This document shows, piece after piece, positions 9,665 to 23,105 of a stretch of 64,000 nt of DNA. Numbering within the stretch: position 1 is the first letter of the stretch; every line of letters begins with the position of its first letter. The notes beneath the pieces are model-generated. The model was not told where the DNA came from. It was given only the letters and a program-made list of their open reading frames with translations, and ran no database searches. The stretch spans positions 27,156,001-27,220,000 of the forward strand of contig JBNRSN020000022.1 of assembly GCA_051313645.2 (NCBI GenBank), written 5' to 3'. The position numbers and the translations under genes are program-made. The DNA comes from Centroscyllium fabricii. Its lineage: Eukaryota.

Positions 9665-11985
9665 GAGGGACAGACCAGACTGGGAAATAGGACAGACAAG
9701 ACTAGGAAATAGGACAGACCAGACTGGGCAATAGGGAGCAGACTAGACTGGGCAATAGGACAGACCAGACTGGGCAATAGGACAGACCAGACTGGGCAAT
9801 AGGACAGACCAGACTGGGCAATAGGACAGACCAGACTGGGCAATAGGGGACAGACCAAACTGGGCAATAGTGGACAGACCAGACTGGGCAATAGGGGACA
9901 GATCAGACTGGGCAATAGGGGACAGATCAGACTGGGCAATAGGACAGATCAGACTGGGCAATAGGGGACAGACCAGACTGGGCAACAGGACAGACCAGAC
10001 TGGGCAATAGTGGACAGACCAGACTGGGCAATAGTGGACAGACCAGACTGGGCAATAGTGGACAGACCAGACTGGGCAATAGGGGCCAGACCAGACTGGG
10101 CAATAGGGGACAAACTAGACTGGGCAATAGGACAGACCAGACTGGGCAATAGGACAGACCAGACTGGGCAATAGGACAGACCAGACTGGGCAATAGGGAA
10201 CAGACTAGACTGGCCAATAGGACAGACCAGATTGGGCAATAGGACAGACCAGACTGGGCAATAGGACAGACCAGACTGGGCAATAGTGGACAGACCAGAC
10301 TGGGCAATAGGGGCCAGACCAGACTGGGCAATAGGGGACAGACCAGACTGGGCAATAGGGGACAGACCAGACTGGGCAATAGTGGACAGACCACACTGGG
10401 CAATAGTGGACAGACCAGACTGGGCAATAGTGGACAGACCAGACTGGGCAATAGTGGACAGACCAGACTGGGCAATAGGGGCCAGACCAGACTGGGCAAT
10501 AGGGGACAAACTAGACTGGGCAATAGGACAGACCAGTCTGGGCAATAGGACAGACCAGACTGGGCAATAGGACAGACCAGACTGGGCAATAGGGAACAGA
10601 CTAGACTGGCCAATAGGACAGACCAGATTGGGCAATAGGACAGACCAGACTGGGCAATAGGACAGACCAAACTGGGCAATAGTGGACAGACCAGACTGGG
10701 CAATAGGGGCCAGACCAGACTGGGCAATAGGGGACAGACCAGACTGGGCAATAGGGGACAGACCAGACTGGGCAATAGGGAACAAACTAGACTGGGCAAT
10801 AGGACAGACCAGACTGGGCAATAGGACAGACCAGACTGGGCAATAGGACAGACCAGACTGGGCAATAGGACAGACCAGACTGGGCAATAGGGGACAGACC
10901 AGACTGGGCAATAGGGGACAGACCAGACTGGGCAATAGGGGACAGATCAGACTGGGCAATAGGGGACAGATCAGACTGGGCAATAGGACAGACCAGACTG
11001 GGCAATAGGGGCCAGACCAGACTGGGCAATAGGGGCCAGACCAGACTGGGCAATAGGGGACAGACCAGACTGGGCAATAGGGGTCAGACCAGACTAGGCA
11101 ATAGGAGACAGACCAGACTGGGCAATAGGACAAACCAGACTGGGCAATAGGACAGACCAGACTGGGCAATAGGGGACAGACCAGAATGGGCAATAGGGGA
11201 CAGACCAGACTGGGCAATAGGGGTCAGACCAGACTGGGCAATAGGGGACAGACCAGACTGGGCAATAGGGGACAGACCAGACTGGGCAATAGGGGACAGA
11301 CCAGACTGGGCAATAGGACAAACCAGACTGGACAATAGGGGACAGACCAGACTGGGCAATAGGACAGACCAGACTAGGCAATAGGACAGATCAGACTGGG
11401 CAATAGGACAGACCAGACTAGGCAATAGGACAGACCAGACTGGGCAATAGGGGACAGACCAGACTGGGCAATAGGGGACAGACCAGACTGGGCAATAGGG
11501 GTCAGACCAGACTGGGCAATAGGGCACAGACCAGACTGGGCAATAGGGGACAGACCAGACTGGGCAATAGGACAAACCAGACTGGACAATAGGGGACAGA
11601 CCAGACTGGGCAACAGGACAGACTAGACTGGGCAATAGGACAGACCAGACTGGGCAATAGGACAGACCAGACTAGGCAATAGGACAGATCAGACTGGGCA
11701 ATAGGACAGACCAGACTAGGCAATAGGACAGATCAGACTGGGCAATAGGACAGACCAGACTGGGCAATAGGGGCCAGACCAGACTGGGCAATAGGGGCCA
11801 GACCAGACTGGGCAATAGGGGACAGACCAGACTGGGCAATAGGGGACAGACCAGACTGGGCAATAAGGGACAGACCAGACTGGGCAATAGGGGCCAGACC
11901 AGACTAGGCAATAGGACAGACCAGACTGGGCAATAGGACAGACCAGACTGGGCAATAGGGGACAGTGAGACAGACCAGACTGGGT
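9665..11985. repeat. Minisatellite of mixed 22/24-bp units (AGG[GG]ACAGACCAGACTGGGCAAT)
   Basis: About 100 visible tandem units; includes a 396-bp higher-order block duplication. Confidence 0.97.
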
Positions 11986-12664
11986 AGTAAACAATGTACA
12001 GCCGTGGGACAGACAGGGCAGTAGAGGGCAGTGGATCGAGGTGGAGAGATTAGGCCAGGCTGATACAGATTGTGAGGAGCAGGCAACCAATTTTGTGTAT
12101 GAGAATTTGAATATTTTTCCTTTGCAGTGAGTAGGTGCATCCCCCAGTGCTGCATTAAGTCTTTGATGCAATCTGCTTTCAGATGGTGCCCCTGTTCCCC
12201 TTTGAGGAGAAGAGGCAGCCAAGCTACATTCTTTGGTTTCTGTGCCATTCGCAAGATCGGATATTTTTTGATACGAGTCAGTAAGGAACCACACACACTG
12301 TTGTCCATACTCAAGTCATGTGATCTTTGGAAATATTTTGTTTAAATATTTGCGAGTCACACGCAAAATGTAAAACACAGGGTTCACACGCGGCACACTC
12401 ACTGGTTGTGTGACGTGGATCTGCTCCCCTGCTCCAAAAGGTTGGGTGCCCCTGTTATAGGGTGAGGTTGACCTGAGCAGATCAGGCTGGTTCCAGGCCA
12501 GCAGCGTTTGAGCAGCAGGGTGCAGAGAGTCACCTTTGGAGTTATGCAGCCTCTCACACACCAATTATGTGTTGGAACAAATGAAGAAACCGGTTTCACT
12601 CTCAGCCAAATGTGCCCTGGCACTGCTGGAAGCTCTTTCTTTGATCTGGCTCCCCGGCCCCACC

Positions 12665-12980
12665 TCCCCTTGTGGCTCAGTGGGTAAATGTACCACCCAC
12701 TGTGGTACTAAGCCATACAGGCCAGGAGAGCCCGAGATGTCATCTGCGGCCTGTGCTGAGTTAGCTGGGGGGTTGCAGTAGGGCGCGACAATTGGCTTCA
12801 AATCTGCTGGGGTCAGGGAGGAGAAAATCAGCCCGGCCTCAGGAGAGTGCTGGGAAGAGCGTGAGTGCGCATGTGGATACTGGGCGGGAGGACTGGACTG
12901 GGTCAGCTGCGATGGGCTCCATGGGTGAGTTGACGGGCTCACACACACGTAGAACACCCACTTTGGTAACGGCACGTTAG
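12665..12980 (+). mobile_element. LF-SINE-like element
   Basis: gtggctcagtgggtaaatg...gccatacag...gtgctgagttagctg...acaattggc...aaaatcagcc; related degenerate copies near 13520, 19390, 20250(-), 31640, 36130(-), 57400 and 63830(-). Confidence 0.65.
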
Positions 12981-13114
12981 GGGAACCTTCCGGCTAGGAG
13001 AGAGAACTGTTGCGGAGGGGAAAGGAGAGGAGGCCGCCTGGCCTCTGGAGGCACAGGGCCGCTCGCTGCGCTAAACACACGAGGGACGGGAGAAGGAAGA
13101 GTTTGCCTACGTAC

Positions 13115-13205
13115 CTCTTCTAGATCCATTTCGTCAGGGCTGTGCCAGATGTTGATAAACTTGTTGCGTGATTTCTTCAGTGGAACCACAACGATGTAAT
13201 AGGCT
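13115..13205 (-). CDS. PTPRS: PTPRS exon ([30 protein letters not shown])
   Basis: tttcag acceptor and gtacgt donor; 91 nt, phase 2-0; LAR-family YYIVVVPL and SPDEMDLEE motifs. Confidence 0.94.
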
Positions 13206-13868
13206 CTGAAACACAAGGCGGAAAGCATGCACACCTTCTCACAACTCACAAGCCAAGATGACAAATCGCACAGAACGCAGGAAGGCAGCTTGCAATGAGA
13301 TTTACTCTGTTGTGAAAGACAATAAAACACTACATAATGGATATCGGTGTGTGAATGCCTCAAGAGTGTGAGAAGCTGTCTCCCCCCCCCCCCACCCCCC
13401 ATGCTCTATGGATGTACAGCCGTGGGTCGCAATCCGTGTGTACGTATCACCCTGTGGAAAGAAAAGCGTTCGGCTTTCACGAGAAGATCAGAAATAGATC
13501 ATTTATGGAAGACAGTTAGTTGATCTAAATTCGGGTAGCAATTGGGCCACTACAATGGGCCTCAGTTCCCTTGTGCGAGGTGGTAGGCAGGGTGGGGGTA
13601 ACCAGCAGGAGTTGCTGCTCCTGATTGCTGTCCAGTGGTTCCTATTGCTGGAACTTGTTGGATGAGGACAGGATTGGGATAGGCTGTGATGCGCCAAAGC
13701 AGAAAGAGAGTGAGAGCAAATAAAAATACATAAAGGCCTTATAAAAATTAAAACTCTTTAGTTAAAGACTTGCGAGAAAGCCTAATCCATACCCTGTGAT
13801 CCGAGCCCCGGGGCAAAATAGGTAAATGTGAACACTATTGGGACATTTTATGTTCGGGCCTTTCTTAC

Positions 13869-14128
13869 ATGACTGGGGTCACCGTCTCCACCTCAGGCAT
13901 CCGGACCATCAGGGTCCCGTCGGGCTCCAACTTCTTGATCAGATACGGTTTGCCACCCAGGACGGCAGGGGCGGTGCGAGCCGACACCGTCTGCTGAAGT
14001 CCTCCCACTGTGTTGCCGCGGTTCGTCAGCACGAAGGAGTACTCCTTGTCCGGCTCCAGGTTGGTGATCAGCTTCTTGGTGGCTCGTCCGTCCACCTCGA
14101 CAACGGACTGACCGTTTTTGTACTGGAT
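13869..14128 (-). CDS. PTPRS: PTPRS exon ([26 protein letters not shown]...VETVTPV)
   Basis: Lies within ORF 13865..14320; cag acceptor and gtaag donor; 260 nt, phase 0-2. Confidence 0.95.
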
Positions 14129-14399
14129 CTGGACACAAACAGAGACGGGAACAAGGAGGAAAAACAAGGGCTGAGAAGGTGGTGCTTTTAAACTGAAAAT
14201 ACCGAACAGGGATTGTGGTATGGAACAGTACCCACACCAAGGCCTTGCAAAAAGAGTCAAATTGCAAGAAATAATTAATAAAGAGCAAATGCTGTAGCTT
14301 TTAAACTCACTCCCAAACATCTGATTTTACATACTTTATAGTTTTATTACAGCTTTTTTAAAAGTGTGTTTGCAGTGGTGCCACTTTTGGGATTATGCT

Positions 14400-14960
14400 A
14401 CAGTTGGTAGCACTCTTGCCCGAGTCAGAAGGTCATAGGTTCAAGCCCCACTCCAGAGACTTGAGTATACAATCCAGGCTGACACTCCAGTGCAGTGCTG
14501 AGGGAGTGCTGCACTGTCGGAGGTGCCAGATTTTATGAGATGCTGAAAGTCCCAGTGGCTCAGATAGATATTAACGGGATGATGTTCTGACTTTGCTCTC
14601 TGCACAGGGAGCCTCACCCACAGGGTGTGTACATCAGAGCTTCGCAACGTGCGCTGCCCGGTCAGGAAACCGCAGGCAGGGTGCTGGGTAAGGCCGCAAG
14701 TGCGAAGTTGAAAATTTGCACCCAATGGATCCCGCGGCAACATTCAAAGAAGAACATTGAGTTTCTCCCAAGTGCCCTAGCCGACACTTCTCCCTCAAAT
14801 CAACACCATTAAAAACAGATTAACTGGTCGCTCAGCTTATTAGTAGTCATGTGCAAAATGGCCGCCGCCTTTTCCCTACATAACAGTCACCACGTTTCAC
14901 TGTGTGCAGTATCTCCGAGACATGCTGAGGTGCTATATAAATCCAAGTTATTTCTTTTTT
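14400..14960 (+). mobile_element. DeuSINE (SacSINE1-like) with an internal MITE-like fragment
   Basis: gagtcagaaggtcataggttcaagccccactccagagacttgag head and gtgctatataaatccaagtt tail; unrelated insert at about 14545-14725. Confidence 0.7.
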
Positions 14961-15072
14961 TGGGACACAAGACACTATCCCAAACTGCGCCTTTGCTACT
15001 AGGGATAAACAGGTCATTTTCAAGTTAGCTGGTTGTAATTAGTGGGAGTGCCGCAAGGATCAGTGTTGGGGC

Positions 15073-15338
15073 TGTGATAAACCTTTTGTTGTGGTTCACA
15101 CTGTACGGTTATTGTATATAGTTTTGTTTAATGTGTTTGTTATATATCTGTTAATATCTGTACCTTTCTGTAAGGACCTGTACCGGCTGACCCCGCCTCT
15201 GGGTACTAGTATAAAGGAGAATGCTCCGCCCACTTATCTCTCATTCCAGGCAGGCTCATCGGGGACACGGTTCAGTTCCTTGTGAATAAAAGCCACTTAT
15301 TTAAGAACTCGCTGCCGTCTTTGATTTGAGGCATCTCA
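15073..15338 (+). mobile_element. Solo LTR, 266 bp
   Basis: TGTGA...TCTCA ends; 5-bp TSD GGGGC; TATAAA and AATAAA present. Confidence 0.9.
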
Positions 15339-15856
15339 GGGGCCTCAGCTATTTACAATCTGTATTAATGACTTAGATGAAGGGACCGAGCGTAATGTAT
15401 CCAAGTCTGCTGCTGAAAGAAAGCTGGGTGGGAAAGTAAGCTGTGAGGAGGACATAAAGAGGCTGCAAAGGGATATAGACAGGTTAAGTGAGTGGTCAAG
15501 AAGGTGGCAGATTCAGTATAATGTAGGGAAATGTGAAATTATCCACTTTGGATAGGAAGAATAGAAAAGCAGAATATTTTGTAAAAGGTGAGAAACTAGT
15601 AAATGTTGGTATGCAGAGGGATTTGGGTGCCCTTGTATACGAATCACAGAAAGTTAACATGCAGATACAGCAAGCAATTAGGAAGGCAAATGGTATGTTA
15701 GTCTTTATTTCAAGAGGGTTAGAGTACAAGAGTAAGGACGCCTTGCTGCAATTATATAGGGCTTTGGTGAGACCACACCTGGAGTGCTGTGTACAGTTTT
15801 GGTCTGTTTTCCTAAGGAAGGATATACAGTACTTTCCTTACAGGGGGTGGAACTAA

Positions 15857-16635
15857 GGGGGGGACTTTGCCGGAAGGGAGGGAGCCTGGCGGGGATTGGT
15901 CGGGGCGGTTCCCTGGCCCGCCTGCCCAAACAGCTGGGAAGGCCACGCAATTTTAATTGAATTGGATTGTTAAATCCCCGCCGGCGGCAGCGGGTGGTAA
16001 TGAACTCAATCCAGTTGGGCTCCAGTGGGGCTGCAAGGAGTTTGATTGACAGTTCCAGCACTGGTTGTTGACAGTTCCCATGGAAACACTCCACTGTGGC
16101 ATCACAGTCGAGTGGAACCAATGGGAAAGATCAAGTGCTGGTGACAGACAGGTGGGCGGGCGGGCTCCAAATCCTTGACAGCTCCCACCGGCTGCGAGCA
16201 AATGTGCAGAGGTGAGATTTATCAGTTTTTGCTCACAGCTGGTGCAGACAGCACAGAGTAACTTACTCCTCTAAGGTGCTGGAGGCATGCCACGCATATG
16301 GCAGCATGTCCTTCACACCTTGAAGGAGAAAGTTATAACCAGCGCTGTGCTCCCGCTGGGTTTCACCCAGTGGGGTTTAAGGTGACGGGGTTAGGGCGGG
16401 AAACAGCTCAAACTGGCTGAGGGCCCTTAAAATGGCATTAAACATGCCAATTAAGGGCCCTTAACGAGGTGACAACCCATCCCCGCCGGCCAGCGGAGGG
16501 AAGGTTTTGGGGCGGGGGAAAATGTAAAAGCAGCGGGGATACAGCGGGGGAGGGGGGTCGCGAACCGCTGGTTCCGCTATTTTGCCGGCCGAGCCACCGA
16601 AAACCCCGCCTCACGGGAACATGAAAATCCCCCCC
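15857..16635. mobile_element. PIF/Harbinger-type MITE, family A
   Basis: GGGGGGGACTTT...AAAATCCCCCCC TIRs and TAA TSD; homologous to the copies at 21119 and 34593. Confidence 0.88.
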
Positions 16636-17864
16636 TAAGGTTCAGTAAATTGATTCTTGGGATGAGAGGGATGGTCCTATGAGGAGAGATTGAGTAGAAC
16701 GGGCCTATATTTGGAGTTTAGAAGAATGAGAGGTGATCTCATTGAAACATATAAAATTCTTAGAGGGCTTGACAGGGTAGATGCTGAGAAGCTGTTTATA
16801 TTGTAACATATCTAATAATAGGGACAAAGCCACATTCCTCAGCCATGGCAAGAACAGTGTTGTGAAATTTTGCAAAGGGGGCAAGGAATAGGTCAGGAAA
16901 TGCCTCACTGTAATCATCCTTTTAAATCATCCCGGGGACGCGAGAACCAGGGGTCATAGTCTCTGTCTAAGGGGTCGGCCATTTAGGACTGAGATGAGGA
17001 GAAATTTCTTCACTCAGAGGGTGGTGAATCTTTGGAATTATTTACCCCAAAGGGCTGTGGATGTTCAGACGATGAGTATAATCAGAGATCAATAGATTTC
17101 TGGACACTAAGGGAATCAAGAGATATGGGGATAGGGTGGGAAAGTGGAGCTGAGGTAGAAGATCAGCCATAATACGACTGAGCGGCGGAGCAGGCTCGCG
17201 GTGCAGTAAGGTGAACTCCTGCTCATATTTCTTATGTTATGTTCAACATCACGTGACTGACAGAAGGACATTACAAGGTTGAATTTGAAAGCAGATGACA
17301 GTTACTCATTGTACATTATGTATAAGGGTTCCATTCAGTCAGATAAAGCAGCAGGCAGATGGATTCTCCTCATGCAGCAGTGACTGTTTCTCATCTGATT
17401 GTGAGTTTTTACAACTGGAAGGAGATCAAATTAAGATATACAGATCCTTGCAGTCAGCTTCATACATTTTAGACGGACTTTCTGTAACAAGATATGCTGG
17501 AGGGGTGCCTGCCCTGGCAAGAATACCTTCACTTTTAACTCAAAAATTATTGCTCAGTTTCCTTCCATGCTCCCAGTTCACCCAGAGTGTACTTCCATAA
17601 ACACCAACATCCCTACAATACATCACTATACTATCCATTCACAAGTGAGTACAGACAGCGAGTGACAGTGGCATCGCCATCGAGCCCATTCCGTCTTCGC
17701 TCACCGTCCATAGGTGTGTATATTGCAGCAGAGGTGCCAGCACCATCAGGAACAGGAGCCGCAATCATTATTAGAGACTTCTGATTTGAACTTTGAGGCT
17801 ATTTGCAGCTGTTGTCCTGACTGAAATCAGCTAGCCCTGAACAGTCCAAGGATTGAAAGCAAGA

Positions 17865-18165
17865 CATGCTGGGATTGAAACTAGCCCTGGATCTGGAACC
17901 TGCTGGGATTGAACCGCAGAACCTGCTGGGATTGAACCTTAGAAACTGCTGGGATTGAACCGTAGAACCTGCTGGGATTGAACCTTAGAAACTGCTGGGA
18001 TTGAACCGTAGAACCTGCTGGGATTGAACCTTAGAAACTGCTGGGATTGAACCGCAGAACCTGCTGGGATTGAACCGTAGAACATGCTGGGATTGAACCG
18101 TAGAACCTGCTGGGATTGAACCGTAGAACCTGCTGGGATTGAACCTTAGAACCTGCTGGAACTGA
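17865..18165. repeat. 23-bp minisatellite (GAACCTGCTGGGATTGAACCGTA)
   Basis: About 12 tandem units. Confidence 0.93.
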
Positions 18166-18384
18166 CCCTGGAGCCAGCTGCTTAATTCTTTTGGCCAATA
18201 TTTTAGACACATATCAAACAGCCTTCAGATTTAAGGATGGGCTAACCTGCAAAATACCCCACCCTTTATGAGAAAGTTGTGAAAATGATTCAAAAGGCAT
18301 GCAAATCGTCATAAGAAGTACAATGATGGGGCTGCACAGCAATAGGGGCTCGATTTAAGAAACAGCAGCTCAGTCAAGTGTAAG

Positions 18385-19280
18385 CTCACCTGAGTCAGAA
18401 GGTTGTGTGTTCAAGCCCCTCCCCAGGACTTGAGCACATAATCTAAGCTGAGACTTTAGTGCTGCACTGTCAGAGGTGCCGCACTGTCAGAGGTGCCGCA
18501 CTGTCAGAGGTGTTGCACTGTCAGAGGCGCCGCACTGTCAGAGGTGCCACTCTGTCAGAGGTACCGCACTGTCAGAGGTGCTGATCTGTCAGAGGTGCCG
18601 CACTGTCAGAGGTGCCGCACTGTCAGAGGTGCTGCTGTGTCAGTGGTGCCCCACTGTCAGAGCTGCCGCATTGTCAGAGGTGCTGCTCTGTCAGTGGTGC
18701 CCCACTGTCAGAGGTGCCGCATTGTCAGAGGTGTTGCACTGTCAGAGGTGTTGCACTGTCAGAGGTGCCGCACTGTCAGAGGTGCCGCACTGTCAGAGGT
18801 GCTGCTCTCAGTTGAAACGTTTGCCTATTGCAGTGGACGTTAAAGATCCTATGGCTGCTTTTCAAAGAAGAACACGGAGTTCTCCCGTCGTCCTGGCCGG
18901 CAATCCAGCCTCAACCAACACCACCAAAAACAGTTTAACTAGCCATTCATCTTGCTGTTGTTTGTGGCTACTGTGCAACATAGGAGCAGGAGTAGGCCGC
19001 TCAGCCCCTCGAGCCTATCCCGCCATTCAATTGGATCATGGCTGATCTGCAGCGCAACTCCATTTACTTGCCCTTGATCCATAGCCACCGATAGACTTAC
19101 TGAACAAAAATTTATCGATCTCAGCCGTGAAAATTTTAATTGACCCAGCATCCACGGCCTTTTGGGGTTTATCCATATTACAATCGGTACTTCAAAGTAA
19201 CTCACTGTATGTGAATTGCTTTGAGTTGTTTCTGAGGGATGTGATACCGTGCAGTATAAATGTAAGTCTGTCTTTTCCAA
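18385..19280 (+). mobile_element. DeuSINE with an internal 17-bp array (18465-18810) and an inserted CR1 tail (18977-19170, minus strand)
   Basis: SINE head and tail intact; unit GCACTGTCAGAGGTGCC equals the single-copy SINE motif at 14510 and 52283. Confidence 0.82.
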
Positions 19281-21118
19281 CTTGAATATTATTTTTCACA
19301 ATTTTGTGTCACTGTTACCTGGGAAAGCAAGTTGTCTTTTTGGCATTCTGCTCTTTACAGGAGCTGACAGTAAACTAATGTTAAAAACTACCTCCACTGA
19401 CCGATTGATTATTTCACTGTGTAGCTAAGCCACACCAGCCAGGATGGTCCTGAGCTCAATCTGGCCTGTGCTGAATTAGCTGGTCTCAGCCAGAGTGGAA
19501 GTTGGGACGCTACAACTGACTTCAGTGGGCATGAGCTAGGAAGGAAAAAATAATCGGCCAGGGTTCCCACTCCTGAGCACTAACCAGCGGTCCCAGATGG
19601 AAAGTACAACACTGTACGTGGGTGAGGACAGGTTTGGGCTTGGTGGCGATGCCCCTGTAGTTGAACAGCCTGATGATGCTCAATTTCTAGGTTCACACAT
19701 GAAGAATGGAAAATGGGATAGGTACTGGAGGAGGCTGCTGCCCTCGGAGTTAAGCTGGAACCCAGCAGGAGTCAGCGCCTTCAGTGAGGTAGGTGCCAAC
19801 GCTCAAAGTTTTGAAATGTTTCATTGGCATTTCTTTAAGACATGACTTGAAAGCACTTATATTTCCCCAAATTTGGAGATGACAAAAACTGTTTGGAAAC
19901 AGGCTGCTCAAGGCTCGGAGTAGATCCCCAGGCATGTTACATTTTTCAAATTTGACATGTCTGCGTAACCGCAAGTCAGGCCAAAACAAGTGCTGATTTT
20001 ACCAGTGTCCCTAAAGCAGACGGCAACGTCAGAGGTTTATGATAATCGCAGACTGTGATGGTTCCCATCTGCAGTGTTAATGGAATATTACTTACGTTGC
20101 CCTTGATGTTTTGACCGAGTCTGCTAATATCCCTCCCACTGTCTCCACAGACTGTCGTCTATCAGGACATCTATTTTCTGACTTTTATAGTCACTTTCTA
20201 ATGCGTTCTGGCAGTTGTCTTAACTCATGGCTAATTACTCAAAATTAATTTGGTGTCACTTGTTCGCTGCTCTTCTCTCAAGTCAGATGGGTCCTCGTCC
20301 TGGGACATTTCACATACAGGTTCAGCCACCGACCTCCTCGGTCTTCTCTCCGCTCCTGTTGGTTCCAACTCCCTGCTGGGGTGCGGTTCTAGGTACAGTC
20401 ATCAGTCACCCACTGGTACCTCACCCGGGTAGCTGCTGTTCATGTGTGAGCCCTTACGGTGAGTGTTGTCAGGCTATTTAACTGTGGGGCACAGCTGACT
20501 CCAATCCCTCAACACTACAGAGGGCTGATATCAGGAACTCACCAGCTGAGGAATCGTGGGTATGATCCTGCATGCCAGCACTGCACTCAACCCACAATAC
20601 TGCCCGCTCCACATACTCCTAAAAATGCCAGCATTGATAACTGGATCCCTCAATTAGTTTTTGCATTTTGCCAAGTCTGGTGATTCCCTCCCCTCACAGC
20701 CAACCCCAGCCTCGTCTCTGTTGAAACGTCCATTGTGTTGGATAGTACCCATCCTTTCCCCGACTGAAAATTCTGTCAGTTTTTCTGTATTAACAAAATA
20801 TTTGAGATGCAGTTCCAGTTCAAAACAGGAGGGAAAGTCTGGAAATTTCAACCAGCCCCCAAGTCCACCTCAGTGTAGCTGCTGAAAGGATTCACATGAA
20901 AATTAAACCAACAGTTTAAAAGAGGTACATGGAAAGTTTTACCAATTAAACTAGGACTGGTAAGAGTCAGGGCCAATGGAACTGTACCCATTAAGAGTCA
21001 GGGCCTATGGAACTGTACCCATTAAGAGTCAGGGCCTTTGGAACCATGCCCATTAAGTGTCAGGGACTATGGAACTCTACCCATTAAGAGTCAGGGCCAA
21101 AGGAACTGTACACATTAA

Positions 21119-21906
21119 GGTCGCGATTTTCTTGGAAGTGCAGGAACCTGGCGGGGATTGGTCAGGGCGGGTTCCTGTCCCACCTGCCCAAGGTCCTGGG
21201 AAGCCCACGTAATTTTCATTTAATTGAGCAATTAAATCCCCACGTGCGGGGAGCCGCTGGTAATTGAATCAATCGAGTCGGAGTTACAGCGGGCTGCGAG
21301 CACCTTGACAGACAGTTCCAGCACTGGTTGTTGACAGTTCCCATGGAAACACTCCACTGTGACATCACAGTCAAGTGGAGCCAATGGGAAAGGTCAGGTG
21401 CTGGTGACTGACAGGTGGGCTCCGAATCTTTGACAGCTAGCAAGCGGCTGTCAGTAAATCTGCAAAGCTAAGATTTCAGAGTTTTTGGCCACAGCTGGTG
21501 TTCAGACAATGGAGTGACTTACTCCTCCAGGGTGTTGAAGGCCTGCGAAGCATTTTGCTGCAGGTCCTTCAGCACCTTGAAGGAGAAAGTTATGAATATC
21601 ACTGCTCCCACTGGGTTTCACCCAGCGGGGTTTTAGGATGGCGGGGTTAGGGTGGGAATGAGGTGAAAATTCCTAAGGGCCTTTAAAATTGCATTACACA
21701 TGCCAATTAAGGGCCCTTAATGATCTGACAAACCATCCCCGCCGGCCGCCAGTGGGAAAGAGTCGGAGCGGGGAGACAGGGCGGGGGAAAATGTAAAAGT
21801 GGCGGGGATCCGGCGGGGGTGGGGGGGGGTCGCAACCCGCCGGTTCCGCTATTTTGCCAGCCGACCCGCCGAAAACCCCGCCTCACAGGGAGATGAAAAT
21901 CTCCCC
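21119..21906. mobile_element. Harbinger-type MITE, family A
   Basis: Imperfect TIRs; TAA TSD taken from the minisatellite unit. Confidence 0.88.
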
Positions 21907-22436
21907 TAAGAGTCAGGGCCTATGGAACCGTACCCATTAAGAGTCAGGGACTATGGAACTGTACCCATTAAGAGTCAGGGACTATGGAACTGTACCCACA
22001 AAGCGTCAGGGCCTATGGAACCATGCCCATTAAGAGTCAGGGTCTATGGAACCGTGCCCATTAAGAGTCAGGGTCTATGGAACCGTGCCCATTAAGAGTC
22101 AGGGCCTATGGAACCGTACCCATTAAGAGTCAGGGCCTATGGAACCGTACCCATTAAGAGTCAGGGCCTATGGAACTGTACCCATTAAGAGTCAGGGCCT
22201 ATGGAACTGTACCCATTAAGAGTCAGGGCCTATGGAACTGTACCCACAAAGCATCAGGGACTGTGGAACTGTACCCATTAAGAGCCAGTGCCTAGGGAAC
22301 CGTACCCATTAAGAGTCAGGGCCTATGGTACCGTACGCACTAAGAGTCAGGGCCTATGGAAGTGTACCCATTCAGAGTCAGGAATTGTGGAACCGTACCC
22401 ATTAAGAGTCAGGGCCTATGGAACTGTACGCATAAA

Positions 22437-23105
22437 GGGTGCGAAATTCGGGCTCTAGCGCCGGCCCATTATCGGGTGCTACACAATTAATGCTAGGGAT
22501 CACGCCCAGCGCTAAATTCGGGGCTAACTGGTAGCGCCCCAATGAATTTAGCGCCCGGCTGGACGTCGTGACTGGTGTGATCAGGCCGTGCAGCACCTGG
22601 GAGGTGCCATCGGATAAAATTGGGCAGCGCCCGCCGTTTTATTGCTGGCCGCTGCCCGCGCCAGCTTTCTGCGGCTGTAGCAGCAGCGCTGGAGCGCTGC
22701 TTAAAGGGGAGTACGGTGGTTGGCCATTTTTATTGCTGGCAGACTGCCAGCACCTTCCCCCTCGGCCTCCCCTGCTGCTCCCTGGCGGGGTGAGGTCTCC
22801 AGCAACTGAGCCCGGCACTTCCCTCCAGTGCCGGGCTCCTTCTCCCGCTCCCACGGATCTCCGGCCGCGGCCGCGCTAGGCCCCTCCCCTTTAATCGGGG
22901 AGGAAGACATGCTGTACCATGGGCCGCCGCTACATGCTCGTTCGCGCAGCACTGCGCCCACGCCTCGCTATTTGGCCACCTCATTTAGCACCCACCAATC
23001 CATAATGGGTGATGCTGGCCATTTGCAGCCCTATTACGCTGGCGCTAAAAGTAGCGCATCGCCCGGGTCAGCGCCTCAAAACGTGGGCTGACCAATTTAG
23101 CTCCC
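22437..23105. mobile_element. Harbinger-type MITE, family B (CpG-rich)
   Basis: GGGTGCGAAATTCGG...CCAATTTAGCTCCC TIRs; inserted at the unit's TAA (TSD degenerate). Confidence 0.78.

Larger units (their letters stand above)
15005..17240 (+). mobile_element. CR1 LINE 3' portion, degenerate, carrying nested insertions
   Basis: RT/ORF2 remnants (QRDLG..V, LYRALVRPHLECCVQFWS) and 3' UTR; interrupted at 15073 and 15857. Confidence 0.9.

Noticed and set aside
9589-12314. Long Cys/Pro/Leu-rich ORFs (up to 422 aa)
   Set aside because: Translations of the stop-poor 22/24-bp minisatellite in several frames.
12378-12454. Possible hAT MITE (CAGGG...CCCTG)
   Set aside because: Only one convincing terminus and no 8-bp TSD.
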